DNA of 64,000 nucleotides. It comes from Eledone cirrhosa (taxonomy: Eukaryota). A program made the position numbers and the translations under genes. How positions within the stretch are numbered: position 1 is the stretch's first letter; every line of letters begins with the position of its first letter. A model generated the notes under the pieces. That model ran no database searches and was not told where the DNA came from. It saw nothing but the letters and a program-made list of their open reading frames with translations. The DNA lies in assembly GCA_964016885.1 (NCBI GenBank), contig OZ024750.1:19158001-19222000 (forward strand). The letters run 5' to 3'. Shown piece after piece: positions 51,096-64,000 of this stretch.

Positions 51096-51755
51096 ATGTA
51101 TATCAATGCCATCGTAACAAATATAAATGGAAAATATATAACTATATAACGTGTTTCTTTCTCACACACAATTCCAATTATAGTCATTCACCGAGTAATA
51201 TATGAACAGATTATTTTTATTTCCTTACTCATGGAAAATGTCAAGTATGCTGCGTGCTAGCTGGTAGTTTGACCGACGGCTAACATTTAATAAGATATTT
51301 CCATTGATATTTTTTCTAAGAGAGCTAATATGGAGGACTCTAGGTATTGTAAGGAATGCACGCATACACAGACATACACACACAAGCGCACTCACATACA
51401 CAGACATACACGCATATATATTGGTTCAGTTGGAAATGTTTGGATAAATAAATATATACAGCATTTTTTTTACTTTGATGTAGATGTTTGGAAGATTAAT
51501 TTTGTTGGTGATAAATATAGATGATCTGATTTTAGGATGGTCGACCTTATCACACACACGCAAAATAAAAATGATAATAGGCCACACGCAATTTGTGTTC
51601 TTATATTTATATGATAGGCATTATAGAGATTCTACTGACAAATATTTGTGTCTTTATATAAAGCGGCAAATGGTTGTATTGCTTTTACTAACCCACAAAT
51701 ACATAAGCATATCTAAACTTGATACATGCTTTATACAAAGTGATACATTTTCGAG

Positions 51756-51880
<125 letters not shown>

Positions 51881-51983
51881 GAGCACACAACATATATATA
51901 TGAGCACACAACACACACACACAGAAACAAAATGGCGTAGGACAGAACAAAGGAGAGGCACAGAAACAAAGAAAGGAATTCCC

Positions 51984-52028
51984 AGTCACTGAAGAGGTCA
52001 CAGAGTGTGTGACGAAAGAACTATGACT
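51984..52028 (+). ncRNA. Minimal type I hammerhead fold (1-nt irregularity at stem II base)
   Basis: agtca-CTGAAGA-g-gtcaca(gagtg)tgtgac-GAAA-gaac-TA-tgact. Confidence 0.65.
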
Positions 52029-52555
52029 ATATATAAACAACTATCTGGTTGTGGAACCAACCAACCAACCAGAAATTTATAAATTTATAAATATATAATA
52101 AATTGAAGTGAAAGCAACTGGTGCGTGTGTTTCTTAATAAACTCTATATTTACGAAGCGTTGAGCAAGATTGAAATTTGAAAATGTAAACTTTTCAAAGG
52201 CAGAAAATGACTGCAAATACATTAACTATACGTTAACTGCAAATACGTAAACTAGAGGCAATATTTGACAACATTGAGACGGAAACAAATGAACAGAAAT
52301 ACCTAGGAATAAAATACCATATCTTTTGAATAGCCCGCGAGCGCTTAGGATACTGCGCTCTCGTTTAGGGATACTATGTAGCTTGGAGATAGAATTCAGC
52401 TAGATGTAAACAAACCTTATGAATTAACGAAGCAGCGGGAATATTTTCGAGATACAAGGATAGAGAAATATGGTATTCGAATCTTCGTATGATCTTCTAT
52501 CCACTTGTTACATTATTTCTTCAACTATCATAGTAATTCTTTGCGTTTTAACAAT

Positions 52556-52789
52556 GATTTCTACTATAGGCACAAAGCCATTAATTTTTTTTTGGGGGGG
52601 GGGGGGGGGAGGGGAAAGTCGATTAAATCGACCCAGTACGTTACTGGTGCTTTATTTTATCTATCCACCCCGTAAGGATGAAAGGCAAAGTTAACCTCGG
52701 TGGGGTTCGAACTCAGACCGTAAAGGACCGTAACTTTATGCTGCAAAGCATGGCCTCCGGCTATCTACAGATACTTCAATCAACCGCCC
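52556..52789 (-). mobile_element. tRNA-derived SINE (long variant) with 19-bp TSD
   Basis: TSD ttctttgcgttttaacaat at 52537-52555 and 52790-52808. Confidence 0.95.
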
Positions 52790-53308
52790 TTCTTTGCGTT
52801 TTAACAATAAAAAATAGAAGATAGAAATAGAAAACTCGATTCGGGGACAGCCTGCTCAATTTTTCTATTTTCTATTTTTGTTCTATACCCTATCTTCTAT
52901 TCTGTTTCGGTTCAACGTATTACTATTACATAATTCTGCAAATATATATATATATATATATATATTTTAATTAAACATACAGTATGTTGCCAAATACACT
53001 ATACATACATTCATGTATACATCGCTATTTCAGAGCACTATTACTAATACATAATTTTTGCTGGACCGGCAATCGCTCTGTTTAATTAGCTCTTAAATAT
53101 TACTGGAATTCTATAAGAATCCAGCTGCTATAATTTTCGGCAAAGGCAGGGGAGTGTGTGGTCTTGATAAACGCCAACAAGTGAGAAACAGACTGTCGAT
53201 CACTCTCCCTTGGTTTTTGCTGAAAATAAGTAAATAACATTGTCACTACTTTAAAACTCATAGCGAATGGTCTTCTAAATGTTTTTACGTAAACATACAG
53301 TATATTGC

Positions 53309-53389
<81 letters not shown>

Positions 53390-53442
53390 ATGTATGTATG
53401 TATGTATGTATTTATGTATGTATGTATGTATGTATGTATGTA

Positions 53443-53853
53443 GAGAGATGACCCCTTAGCCTTTGTCAAGGTAGAATTCTAGGAGAAGGAAAACTCTGAT
53501 ATAACACCTGCAACCCTGATGGTATCCAATGATGTTGAGTTGTTCTTCTTTTTGGTAAATATCATCTTGGTTAAGAGAGTGGGACTGGCTTTGTGCAGTG
53601 CCTTTGCTCACTATAAAAGCTTCACGGCACAGGCATTGCTTTATGTCTGGAGATCTCTCTGCACTTGTCGTCACATGGTACCAAGGGCCCAGCACTATGT
53701 GTCAATAATTGTCACAAGTGTAGTGTTTGTACCAGAGTTTTCAAGTCGCTGGCTGGACTAAAAAGTCACACTCGTTCAGCGCATCGGTAGGGATTCTCCT
53801 ACATGGATATAAAGTAATGGCCGTACTCGAAAACGAGTTGGCAGCCACCACCA
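53443..53853 (+). mobile_element. Bipartite non-autonomous RTE derivative (5' UTR + terminal zinc finger + 3' UTR)
   Basis: 53451-53640 aligns to the RTE 5' UTR (reverse complement of about 13765-13972); 53713-53790 encodes [25 protein letters not shown]; then atggccgtactcgaaaacgagttggcagcc; (TATG)n on both sides. Confidence 0.85.
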
Positions 53854-54915
53854 TGTATGTATGTATATATATATATATATATATGCTTCTTGGCGTGTAA
53901 CTTTAAGTTACTTTTGTTTCACCAGTTCCAGCACTCGATGCGTAAGTGTGTCCGGTTGCCTATGTGGTATTGTACATTAGATACACTGTCGTCAGTATCT
54001 TTCATAAGCAGTATGTTAGAAATGATTATGCGGCAATATACATATATATATATATATAAATATATATATGTGTGTGTGTGTGTGAATGCGTGTGTATACA
54101 TGTATGCTTGTGTATACATGTATGTTTGTATGTGTATGTGTATATATATATATATAAATATATATGTGTGTGTGGTTGTGTGTATCGATGATTCCACATG
54201 GAGTTGAGAATTGGTGCAGTAGTAGTCAATACTTTGCAATATTTACTGAAAACCTTTTTGTTTCTTGTTAAGATCCTGAACGCCTTTATGTTTTCCGTTC
54301 ATCTTGCCTCGGTCGATGACATTATTATCAGTAATAAATAATACTGTGATCATTCTAATAGAATACAACCTTTCTTTTACACGTGTATAGCTTTAGAAAT
54401 CAATATAGTAATCAATACGTAATAACCTCCGATATTATAAATTATATAAATGTCAACCAAATGGAACAAAGCTACATTACAATACCCCTGGTCATATAAG
54501 GCCACGTCTTTATGGTTGATCATTATGGTTATTGGATATGTCGTTTGCCAGTCCTAAGTCCATTGTATTGCTGCCTTGGTTCTCCGAAGTTTAGATGACA
54601 AAAGTCTTATTGTACTCCTTAGGAAACTTTTGCGTCTACAGAATATCCTACGTTTCTTATGATAATATTCAACAAAGTTGCATAACAGGCTTTCATGTGA
54701 ATTAGAAAGTTAGTCAGTAACATTAAATATATATATATATATGTATATGTTCATATATCTATATATATATTTATATGTGTGTGTGTATATAAGTATATAT
54801 ATATATATATGCGTGTGTGTGTGTATATATATATATATGCGCGTGTGTGTGTATATGTATATATATATATGCATATATACATATATATATGTGTGTGTAT
54901 ATATATATGTGTATA

Positions 54916-54978
<63 letters not shown>

Positions 54979-55037
54979 GCATATATATGTGTGTGTGTGT
55001 GTGTATGTATATGTGTGTGTATATATATATGTGTGTG

Positions 55038-55082
<45 letters not shown>

Positions 55083-55231
55083 TTCATCAGCTGCTGTTAT
55101 CTTGCATCACATTACGTTGCCATCTCCTGTTCGGACAATGTAATGTCATCAAATGTTAGTTTGTTTTGTGTTGTGTTCACAGTTCCTTCCTTTAAAATGT
55201 GTGGCTTCTTGTTCCTCATGTTCACAATACG

Positions 55232-55295
55232 CTTCTTCTTCTTCTTCTTCTTCTTCTTCTTCTTCTTCTTCTTCTTCTTCTTCTTCTTCTTCTTC
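55232..55295. repeat. (CTT)n trinucleotide microsatellite
   Basis: Direct reading. Confidence 0.97.
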
Positions 55296-57382
55296 GTCGT
55301 CCACCACCACAAACCTCGTCCTCCTTATTTTTATTTCCTCCATTTTCTTCCATGCCATATAAACATTAAGCTCACTCTCTTTCTCTTAACGGCTTTGATT
55401 TTCATCTTTACCAACGATTAACTCCCTTTATTTTCCAGTAGATTTGTCGAGCGTTGCTATAGCCACTGTGTAAACCTGGTACCTTCTAGAACACTATCAG
55501 GAAAAATTTTTTATTGCTGGGACTGAAAAATATTTAATGTCATTCAAAATGTTTATGCAATGCAAAAAAAAAAACAAAAAAAAAAACAAACAAACAAAAA
55601 AAAAATAATAAGAAAAAAGACAAAAAAAACAAAGAAGAGAAAGAAAAACAAAAAAACAAAACAAAACACCTGTAGATTCTATAAAAAACGACATTTTATT
55701 TCTGATTCTCGTTCACAAAACGTTAAAACAATTCCTTCTCTCATCTTTGTCAAAATACCTATTAAATGAATACTTATCCTCCTCCTATATTATTTATCTC
55801 TGTAAGGTGGTTATAAATAGTCTTTTTGACATGTCACCATGTTCTCGCTTCCCTATTCTGTTACTCTTAAATTGCAGAGCATACAATTTGCAGTATATAA
55901 TCTTACCTTCATCCACGCTCAGAAGAAAATCGAATAGATCAACATAGTTCTACCACCTTCTAGGCATTACCTTAAATTGTTATTTTTATGAAATATTTCA
56001 ATGCTAAACATGACTAAAACAACCAATATCAAAGTATTCAAATTTAAATTCAAATCTTGAACTGCAATTCCATTATCAAAGGAAATATATTAGAAAAAAC
56101 AAAATTTGTTTTCGCTCTTAACATGGTGGATGCCTAAATGAATTCGTGAGTGCTCTCAGCTACGAAATACCAATTCCGGGGATTTGCTCTAGTACTTATT
56201 TAGGTGCTGTTGACTCTGGCATGTTTATCAGTTTCTGAGTGCTGGGCTGGGTCTTAACTAAAAAAATTGAATACATTTCTAATCCGAGAGGCATTCCAGT
56301 TGCTTGTGTCTTTGAAGCAAAACTCATTTCTTGATAAATTTCTATAAACAAGAGTGCCGAGATTTAACAAGTCTCGGAAGGCTTGCTATAAAATATTGTT
56401 GTGTTGAAAGTTTGTCATACTAGTGTATTATTTAAAAAATGTTTCAGATCCATTCTGCTCTTCGATTAATACATATTCAAGCAGAGATTCTCGCACCTTT
56501 GCCCAGAAACAAATGTGTGTTTTCGTAACTGTGTGAGTGTGGGTGAGAAGGTATCGATGTATATAAATGCAGTTATATTTCTTTCATACTATAAATGAAA
56601 TAATTAAAATCAGTCGTGTGATATACGTTCAACACGGGAGTTTAATTATAGTTTTATCTATAACATGCTAGTTCAATAATAACTGACTTGGCTCTCCAAT
56701 ATTAGATTTATCTAATTATGTTAAATCACCTCTACTGTCAATAAATGTGAAAGTAAAATTCATGAACGATCAATAATTTTCAAAATGTTTACGACCTGCA
56801 ATATCCGCTGATATATTTAACCTAAGGGCACTGCATTATAACTGAATGTCATATGTAAAGATTTCCTTCATTTCCCACTAAATTTTGAAATTGCTCGCGA
56901 GCCATATCATACAGTAGATAATTCTTCTCGAATTGTTTGGAGGAAAATAATATTTTGACATACACTTTGCTGTTCTATTGCTCCAGCTTTGCCTTTGTTG
57001 AACACCTGATCAATGATTTTCCAGCCATGGCCACCTAGGATCAAATCACCATATGCGAAAATATTTTCTTATACGGTAAAAGGCAATTTGATTGATTTTG
57101 GCTGCTATTTCTAGCAAAATAATAGAACACCTATAGGCGACTTCGTTTGTTCGACTGAGGTGCAGATCATTTATTTCATGTTATATTAAACAGTACTGAA
57201 AATTACTAGACCATTACGTATAAATATTTCGTATATTATACATGTGAGGATGAGCATAAGAATTATATTTAGCAGAAACTTAGGCTTGTTTATGGACAGT
57301 TTGCAGGAATTGTATTGCAGATCATGTGATGAATGCTACATCACATGTGTGGAGTGAGATTAGAAGTGCATCTTTTCATAAT

Positions 57383-57570
57383 TGTTTCTACTTTTGGTAC
57401 AAGGCCAGCAAATTACCCAGTACATTACTGGTACTTTATTTTATCGACCTCCGTAAGGATGAAAGGCAAAGTTAACCTCGACGGGATTTGAACTCTCACC
57501 GTAATGGGACGTAACTATGCTAGAAAGCATGGCGTCCAACCCTCAACCGATACTGCCAATTCACCGCCCT
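57383..57570 (-). mobile_element. tRNA-derived SINE with 16-bp TSD
   Basis: TSD tgcatcttttcataat at 57367-57382 and 57571-57586. Confidence 0.95.
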
Positions 57571-57619
57571 TGCATCTTTTCATAATGCGGCTATGAGAGC
57601 TTCGCGATATATAATCCGC

Positions 57620-57885
57620 CTACTCTTGTCCCGAATTCATATCCCTTCGAGCGAGGTCAACTTTCTCCATCTAGGTCAGGTAAAATAAAATACTAGTCGT
57701 GTATTAGAATTGTTTTACTCGGTTAACATTTCTACATTTGTGGCCTATTGTATGTTTTAGACACCAACATCAACTTTGGTTTTCATACTTCCGTGCTCTA
57801 TAAAATAAAGTACTAGTCACCTACTGGACTAGATTTACTTCACTGTCTCCCTATCTACATTTGTGGCCTTGTTCATATATCAGAA
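57620..57885 (+). mobile_element. Two decayed SINE fragments in tandem
   Basis: caacttt...taaaataaa.tactagtc...ctacatttgtggcct occurs twice. Confidence 0.6.
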
Positions 57886-58784
57886 ATGGCTATGGGACTA
57901 GGAGATGGTTGTGCTTCCTACGAATATTCAATGGTGAGAATTCTCAGTATAAATTCTGTGTTACGAAATTTAACTCTTAACGTCCTTACCCAATCAAACG
58001 ACATTGTCAAAAGTATAAGCACCACTATGTCTACATTATATAAGACATTTAAAAATTTTCTTCAGTTTACTGAAAACCTTTACAAAGATTTCTCCAAAAG
58101 TACAGATAAGATAAACATTTGAATTAACAAGCCACATGAAATCATATATACAAGATATTCTTGAAAAGTACAAATCAGCACTTTGACTCCATCACATTCA
58201 AAATTTGCTCTGCTACAGCAAATTTCCACAACAATTCGTTCTCCACTAAAATGATATAAACATTTGAATTAACAAACCACCTAGAACCACATTAAAGGAC
58301 AGAGGTAGAGATATTTTCATCATTCGAGTTCATTTTTTCCATGCTTGCTCGTGTTGGACGATGCACAGAGATTATCCCGGTTCCATGAGTGTTAACTGAC
58401 CGAGAGTAGACAAGAGACCGTTGCATGAGTTATCCTCATGCCACTGGTACTCCTTGTCAGAGAAGTCAATTGCATTAACGCCTGGAAATGAAACCTACGA
58501 ACTTTTAATCTCAAGAAAAACACCGTAAACACGTAATAGTTCACACAAACTTTCAAAGGAAGAAATTATTATTTTTAAATGCCAACAGCAGAATTTGCAT
58601 ACTACATCAATTTATATTTAAGCAGAATAAAATAATAAGATTTAAAAATAAATGTAAAATCAATGTGTTTTACTGCATGGAAAAGAAATACATACACACA
58701 CACATGTATGTATACATGTATGTATATATGTACGCATGTATGTATTTATGTATACATGCATGTATATATACACACACACACACA

Positions 58785-58833
<49 letters not shown>

Positions 58834-58882
58834 ATCTATGTACACACACATATACATATATGTATGTAAATATATAAGTATG

Positions 58883-58930
<48 letters not shown>

Positions 58931-58980
58931 CATACATACATACATACATACATACATACATACATACATACATACATACA

Positions 58981-59013
<33 letters not shown>

Positions 59014-59064
59014 GTATGTATGTAAATATATATATATGTAAATATATATGTATGTATGCCCGAA

Positions 59065-59141
<77 letters not shown>

Positions 59142-59687
59142 CACATTTCGGGCATAGGGTGTTTTTCAAGATGGAGAAGAGAGATAATAAGTAAGTAATT
59201 TGAAAAGTAAGTATTCTGTGTGATATTATCAGCATGTCATGTAATAACATGTAATAATGGATGAAAGAAGGGAATAGAATAAGTAGATGTGTCGTTTATT
59301 ACAATTGACTCATCGCTAATAACATCAGAAGGACATTTTTTTCCCTCATCTTATTATCTCTATTCTCTATCTTGACAAATAGCCTATTCCATTCTATAAA
59401 CATTGATATATAGTTTTCCTTTTCCTCACACCAAAATACATTTACTCTAGATATATTTTAAAGCATTTTTATTCTATTCATCTATTGGATAATGTTTGGT
59501 GACGTCATTCTGGACTTCTGGGTTTTATAATATATTATGATTTTTTTCAACACGCTGACGTGTATATGTATATGTTTGGTAGCAGCCTGCATCAGACATA
59601 AAGAAAGAGAAGTAGTATGAGGTTGTTATAACAACTGTGGTAGCAACCTGCATCAGTGAATGTTAGAAACTGTTTTCTCTAGTTTGT

Positions 59688-60248
59688 CACCACCCCTTCC
59701 TTCCTCAATCATCTCTAGTGTGTTACATCATCAACCCGTCCTTCCTTAAGCATCTCTAGTGTGTGACGTCATCACCTCTTCCTTCTTCAATCATCTCTAG
59801 TGCGTGATGTCATCACCCCTTCCTTCCTCAATCATCTCTAGTGTGTTACATCATCGACCCGTCCTTCCTTAAGTATCTCTAGTGTGTGACGTCATCACCT
59901 CTTCCTTCTTCAATCATCTCTAGTGCGTGACGTCATCACCCCTTCCTTCTTCAATCATCTCTAGTGTGTTGCGTCATCAACCCGTCCTTCCTTAATCATC
60001 TCTAGTACGTGACATCATCACCCCTTCCTTCCTTAATCATCTCTAGTGTGTGACGTCATCACCCCTTCCTTCCTCAATCATCTCTAGTGCGCGACGTCAT
60101 CACCCCTTCCTTCCGCAATCATCTCTAGTGTGTGACGTCTTTACCCTTTCCTTCCTCAATAATATCCAGTGTGTGACGTCATCACCCCTTCCTTCCTCAA
60201 TCATCTCTAGTGTGTGACCTCATCACCCCTTCCTTCCTCAATCATCTA
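59688..60248. repeat. 41-bp minisatellite, about 13.5 units, with a 3-unit higher-order pattern at its left end
   Basis: Unit catcaccccttccttcctcaatcatctctagtgtgtgacgt; no unique spacers. Confidence 0.95.
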
Positions 60249-60492
60249 TATGTGATTAAAGATAAGCGGTATTGTAATAATATATTTCTAGGATATAATT
60301 TCATAAATGTTCAGCATATATGTACAAATGACATTGATGTTTAAATGTATGAATATCTTTGAAGAAATAACCATCTACAGGGAAAAATGTAGGGTTAGAA
60401 GGCAGGATCTTGAAGTTGGACTTCTCATCGTATCAACATGACTGAGATAGGAAGTGAATTGTGTGTATGGCTGTATGTGTCAATTTGAAAGT

Positions 60493-60525
<33 letters not shown>

Positions 60526-60527
<2 letters not shown>

Positions 60528-60741
60528 CGAAGGAAATGTGGTAAGGAACCAGGTGGACCATAATGCACCAAAGTACTCAATACTTAGGGTAGTAGAGTGG
60601 GTAATAGGAACGAGTAGGACCCCGACTGCTGAGCTCAAGCCGTTTCGACGGCTAATTCTGGACGCAGAATTAGCCGTCCAGAATTAGTCCAGAATTATCC
60701 GTCGAAACGGCTTGAGCTCAGCCGTCGGGGTCCTACTCGTT

Positions 60742-60746
<5 letters not shown>
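60526..60746 (-). mobile_element. Fold-back miniature element D
   Basis: Reverse orientation of element A; 14-bp stem II gacggctaattctg/cagaattagccgtc with extra slipped copies; (TA)n on both sides. Confidence 0.87.
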
Positions 60747-60823
<77 letters not shown>

Positions 60824-61449
60824 TTATTAGAATGATCGAGTATCGAAAAATCGGCGCACGAGTTCACGATAAACAAAATTCGAAATGAGCGGCAGAGGGC
60901 TCAATAATTCAGATAAATCAGAGCTATAACTATCGTTAAAATACCGTCACACATAGAACAAGTCTAAAATCAACCGCACGATAAAAAATCGATAACAGAA
61001 GATTCGGGACAATTGTGTGTGTAAGTAAACACAAGTTTTATGAGGAAATATGGAAATTTTGTTTTTACCAATGACGATTTAATTTGAAGGTCTTCTCCTA
61101 TTGCTGTTATTAACAGAGTTAATAAAGACTTGGAGCAAGTTTTACATATATATACGTATATTTATTTTCCTACATATTGTTTGGTCTATATATGTGTACA
61201 AAATACTACGTGTTTCTCAAATGATATATACCTTTTTCTCTCTATATAAAACTTTTAGACTTACACACACACACACACTCATAAACACGCATATATATAT
61301 ATGATGATTTTTTTTTGAATGAAACAGTTTTAGTACTGTAGAAGCCATTTATATATTAAACATGATGTTTACACTCAACTAGTGTATTGATTACCCCCGA
61401 TTGAGCCTGGGACTCTTACATACATACGTAAATATATATATATATATAA

Positions 61450-61508
<59 letters not shown>

Positions 61509-61708
61509 TGTGTGTGGGTGTGTTTGCAGAGGGTAACATCAACTTTTTTCTGACGTATGTATCTTGTTCGTAAGTATATCATTTAAATTTATCATACAAA
61601 TCTTAGCCGTTACGACTCACAAACACAGACACACGCACACGCATATATATATATATATGAATATATATATCTATATATCTATATATATTATTTATTTATA
61701 TATATATA

Positions 61709-61847
<139 letters not shown>

Positions 61848-62229
61848 ATATATATATATATATAAATTCTTCCGCCGCACTCCATAATGCTTTTCATAGA
61901 GATAAAATGCAATGAAAATCTTGGCAAGACATGAATATATTTGACATTACTTGAAATGGTATCAATTCTATTAGCGTGTCTTTCTGTAACGGAACTAGAA
62001 ACGGTCCTTTCAAGGTGAATTCACCATTGCTGAAATATTTAACGCTTGTAAAAGCTATACCCCCCCACGGCCATTCCTTTTTAATAAATATTCACTGAAG
62101 CCCCACTGATTTTGGGTAATATAATTTATTATACGAGTGTTTCTATAATATAAAAGTTTCCCTTATATATGCGGATACATCACTGTCCTTTTCTGTTGGT
62201 CGTCTGCCTGTCTCTGTATTACCCTTCCA

Positions 62230-62535
62230 TACACACACACTCACACATACTCTCTCTCTCTATCTCTATCTATCTCTATCTCTACACACATACACACACA
62301 CACTCTCTCTCTATCTCTCTCTCTACACACATACACATACACTACACACACACCCTCTCTCTCTCTAACTCTATCTCTACACACATACACACACACACAC
62401 AAACACACTCTCTCTCTCTCTCTCCATCTCCCTCTACAGACACATACACATACACACACACTCTCTCTCTATCTCCCTCTACACACACATACACATATAC
62501 ACACACACCCTCTCTCTCTCTATCTCTCTCTCTAG

Positions 62536-62567
<32 letters not shown>

Positions 62568-62808
62568 TCTCTCTATCTCTATCTCCCTCTACAGACACAT
62601 ACGCATACACACACACTCTCTCTCTATCTCCCTCTACACACACATACACACACACACACACACACCCTCTCTCTCTATCTCTATCTCTACACACATACAC
62701 ACACACACTCTCTCTCTATCTCTCTCTACACACACATACACATACAAACACACACCCTCTCTCTCCACACAGACAAACACACACACACACACTCTCTCTC
62801 TCCACACA

Positions 62809-62842
<34 letters not shown>

Positions 62843-62890
62843 CTGTCTCTTTATCTCTCTCTCTACTCACACACATACACAGGCACACAC
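62230..62890. repeat. Alternating (CT)n/(CA)n compound repeat
   Basis: Direct reading; recurring tctctatctccctctacacacacatacac units. Confidence 0.9.
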
Positions 62891-62941
<51 letters not shown>

Positions 62942-63201
62942 CTGGTTGTACATTTATTGATATATAAATAACAACAAATATTTACTGATGTGATGTGTCC
63001 ATAAGTCTGATAGATTCGTATTTACTAAACCCTCACACCCTCACACACATGCACACATACACATTTATTTACATACATACATAAATACATACATAGATAC
63101 ACACACACACACGCACACATATATATATATATATATATATGGATACAGGTACATATATATACATGTATATACGTATATGTATGTGTGTGTGTTTGTGCAT
63201 G

Positions 63202-63245
<44 letters not shown>

Positions 63246-64000
63246 TATATACACGTATATATATATGTACACACACATTATATATATATATGTGTATATA
63301 TGTATATATATATATGTGTGTGTATGTGTGTGTGTGTATACATACTTATCGTAGCTCTGAGGTTAAATGAAGAAGAAAGTTCGAGATTTTATCAGTTCTT
63401 GCCAAATTTATTACTGCTTATTTTTCATCTGAATATCAAAAGATACATTAGAACCCTAACATCGCAAACATGATCGAAACATGAGGAACGTACATACATT
63501 TGGTAATCGATTTCTACCACCGAGAAGCCCAGTGACTATGGTGTTGGAATCAGGATTATAAGACCGCTAAACTAGGGCGATGTGTTCTTCAGCAAAATAT
63601 TTATTTAAAATTGTTCCTTCTGCCAGGAGTTGCGACAAACAGATGGTATCAACAATGGAAAGACTTAATCCTTTAGAATTTACATTACTCTATATTTAAT
63701 ATTATATTTTCATGTTAAAGGCCTTAACTAACATAATTATCTCACATAATATTGAATGAGGTTTTGATATTATTTATTTTAAGAATAATACTTTAACATA
63801 AGTATGGGCAGCAAGTCATGGCCAGTTTAAACAGAAAGTGGTGAAAGAATTCTAGCCGGATACAGCCGGCTTAAAGTAACAAATATCGACTTCTGCCAGG
63901 TGTAGTGATCAGCTGATAGTATCAGCAATGGATCTGACCAAAGGACACATTGTTTCCTTGGTCAGATCTGACAAATGACTACTTTCCCTTCTATTTCCTG

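Noticed and set aside
59618-59655. let-7-like tgaggttgtt hairpin
   Set aside because: Seed differs from let-7 (tgaggtag) and the hairpin is too short for a pre-miRNA.
59688-60248. CRISPR-like array
   Set aside because: Contiguous 41-bp units with no unique spacers, no cas genes, eukaryotic context.

Overview
AT-rich, microsatellite-dense eukaryotic intergenic or intronic DNA. The SINE families, LINE types and huge (TA)/(TATACA)/(CA) arrays suggest a cephalopod such as Octopus (inference). No host protein-coding exon could be supported. Retroelements found: (1) two near-identical, inverted CR1-like LINE copies plus a 3' fragment, with an unusual Myb/SANT + polyQ + 2xCCCH ORF1; (2) an intact RTE LINE (1181 aa, APE-RT plus three C-terminal C2H2 fingers), a truncated relative and a bipartite non-autonomous derivative; (3) decayed R4/Dong, CRE and RTE fragments; (4) many tRNA-derived SINEs, several with TSDs. 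There are also two MITEs and a 41-bp minisatellite rich in TGACGTCA. The most interesting signal is missed by the ORF track: short Penelope-like fragments, mostly embedded in (TA)n, carry type I hammerhead ribozyme folds from several families. These include a near-canonical one (29702-29788), a U3-A8 compensatory core variant (three copies), and four fold-back elements whose apex is hammerhead stem II, suggesting recurrent cDNA self-priming at the ribozyme hairpin. All alignments and folds were done by eye.
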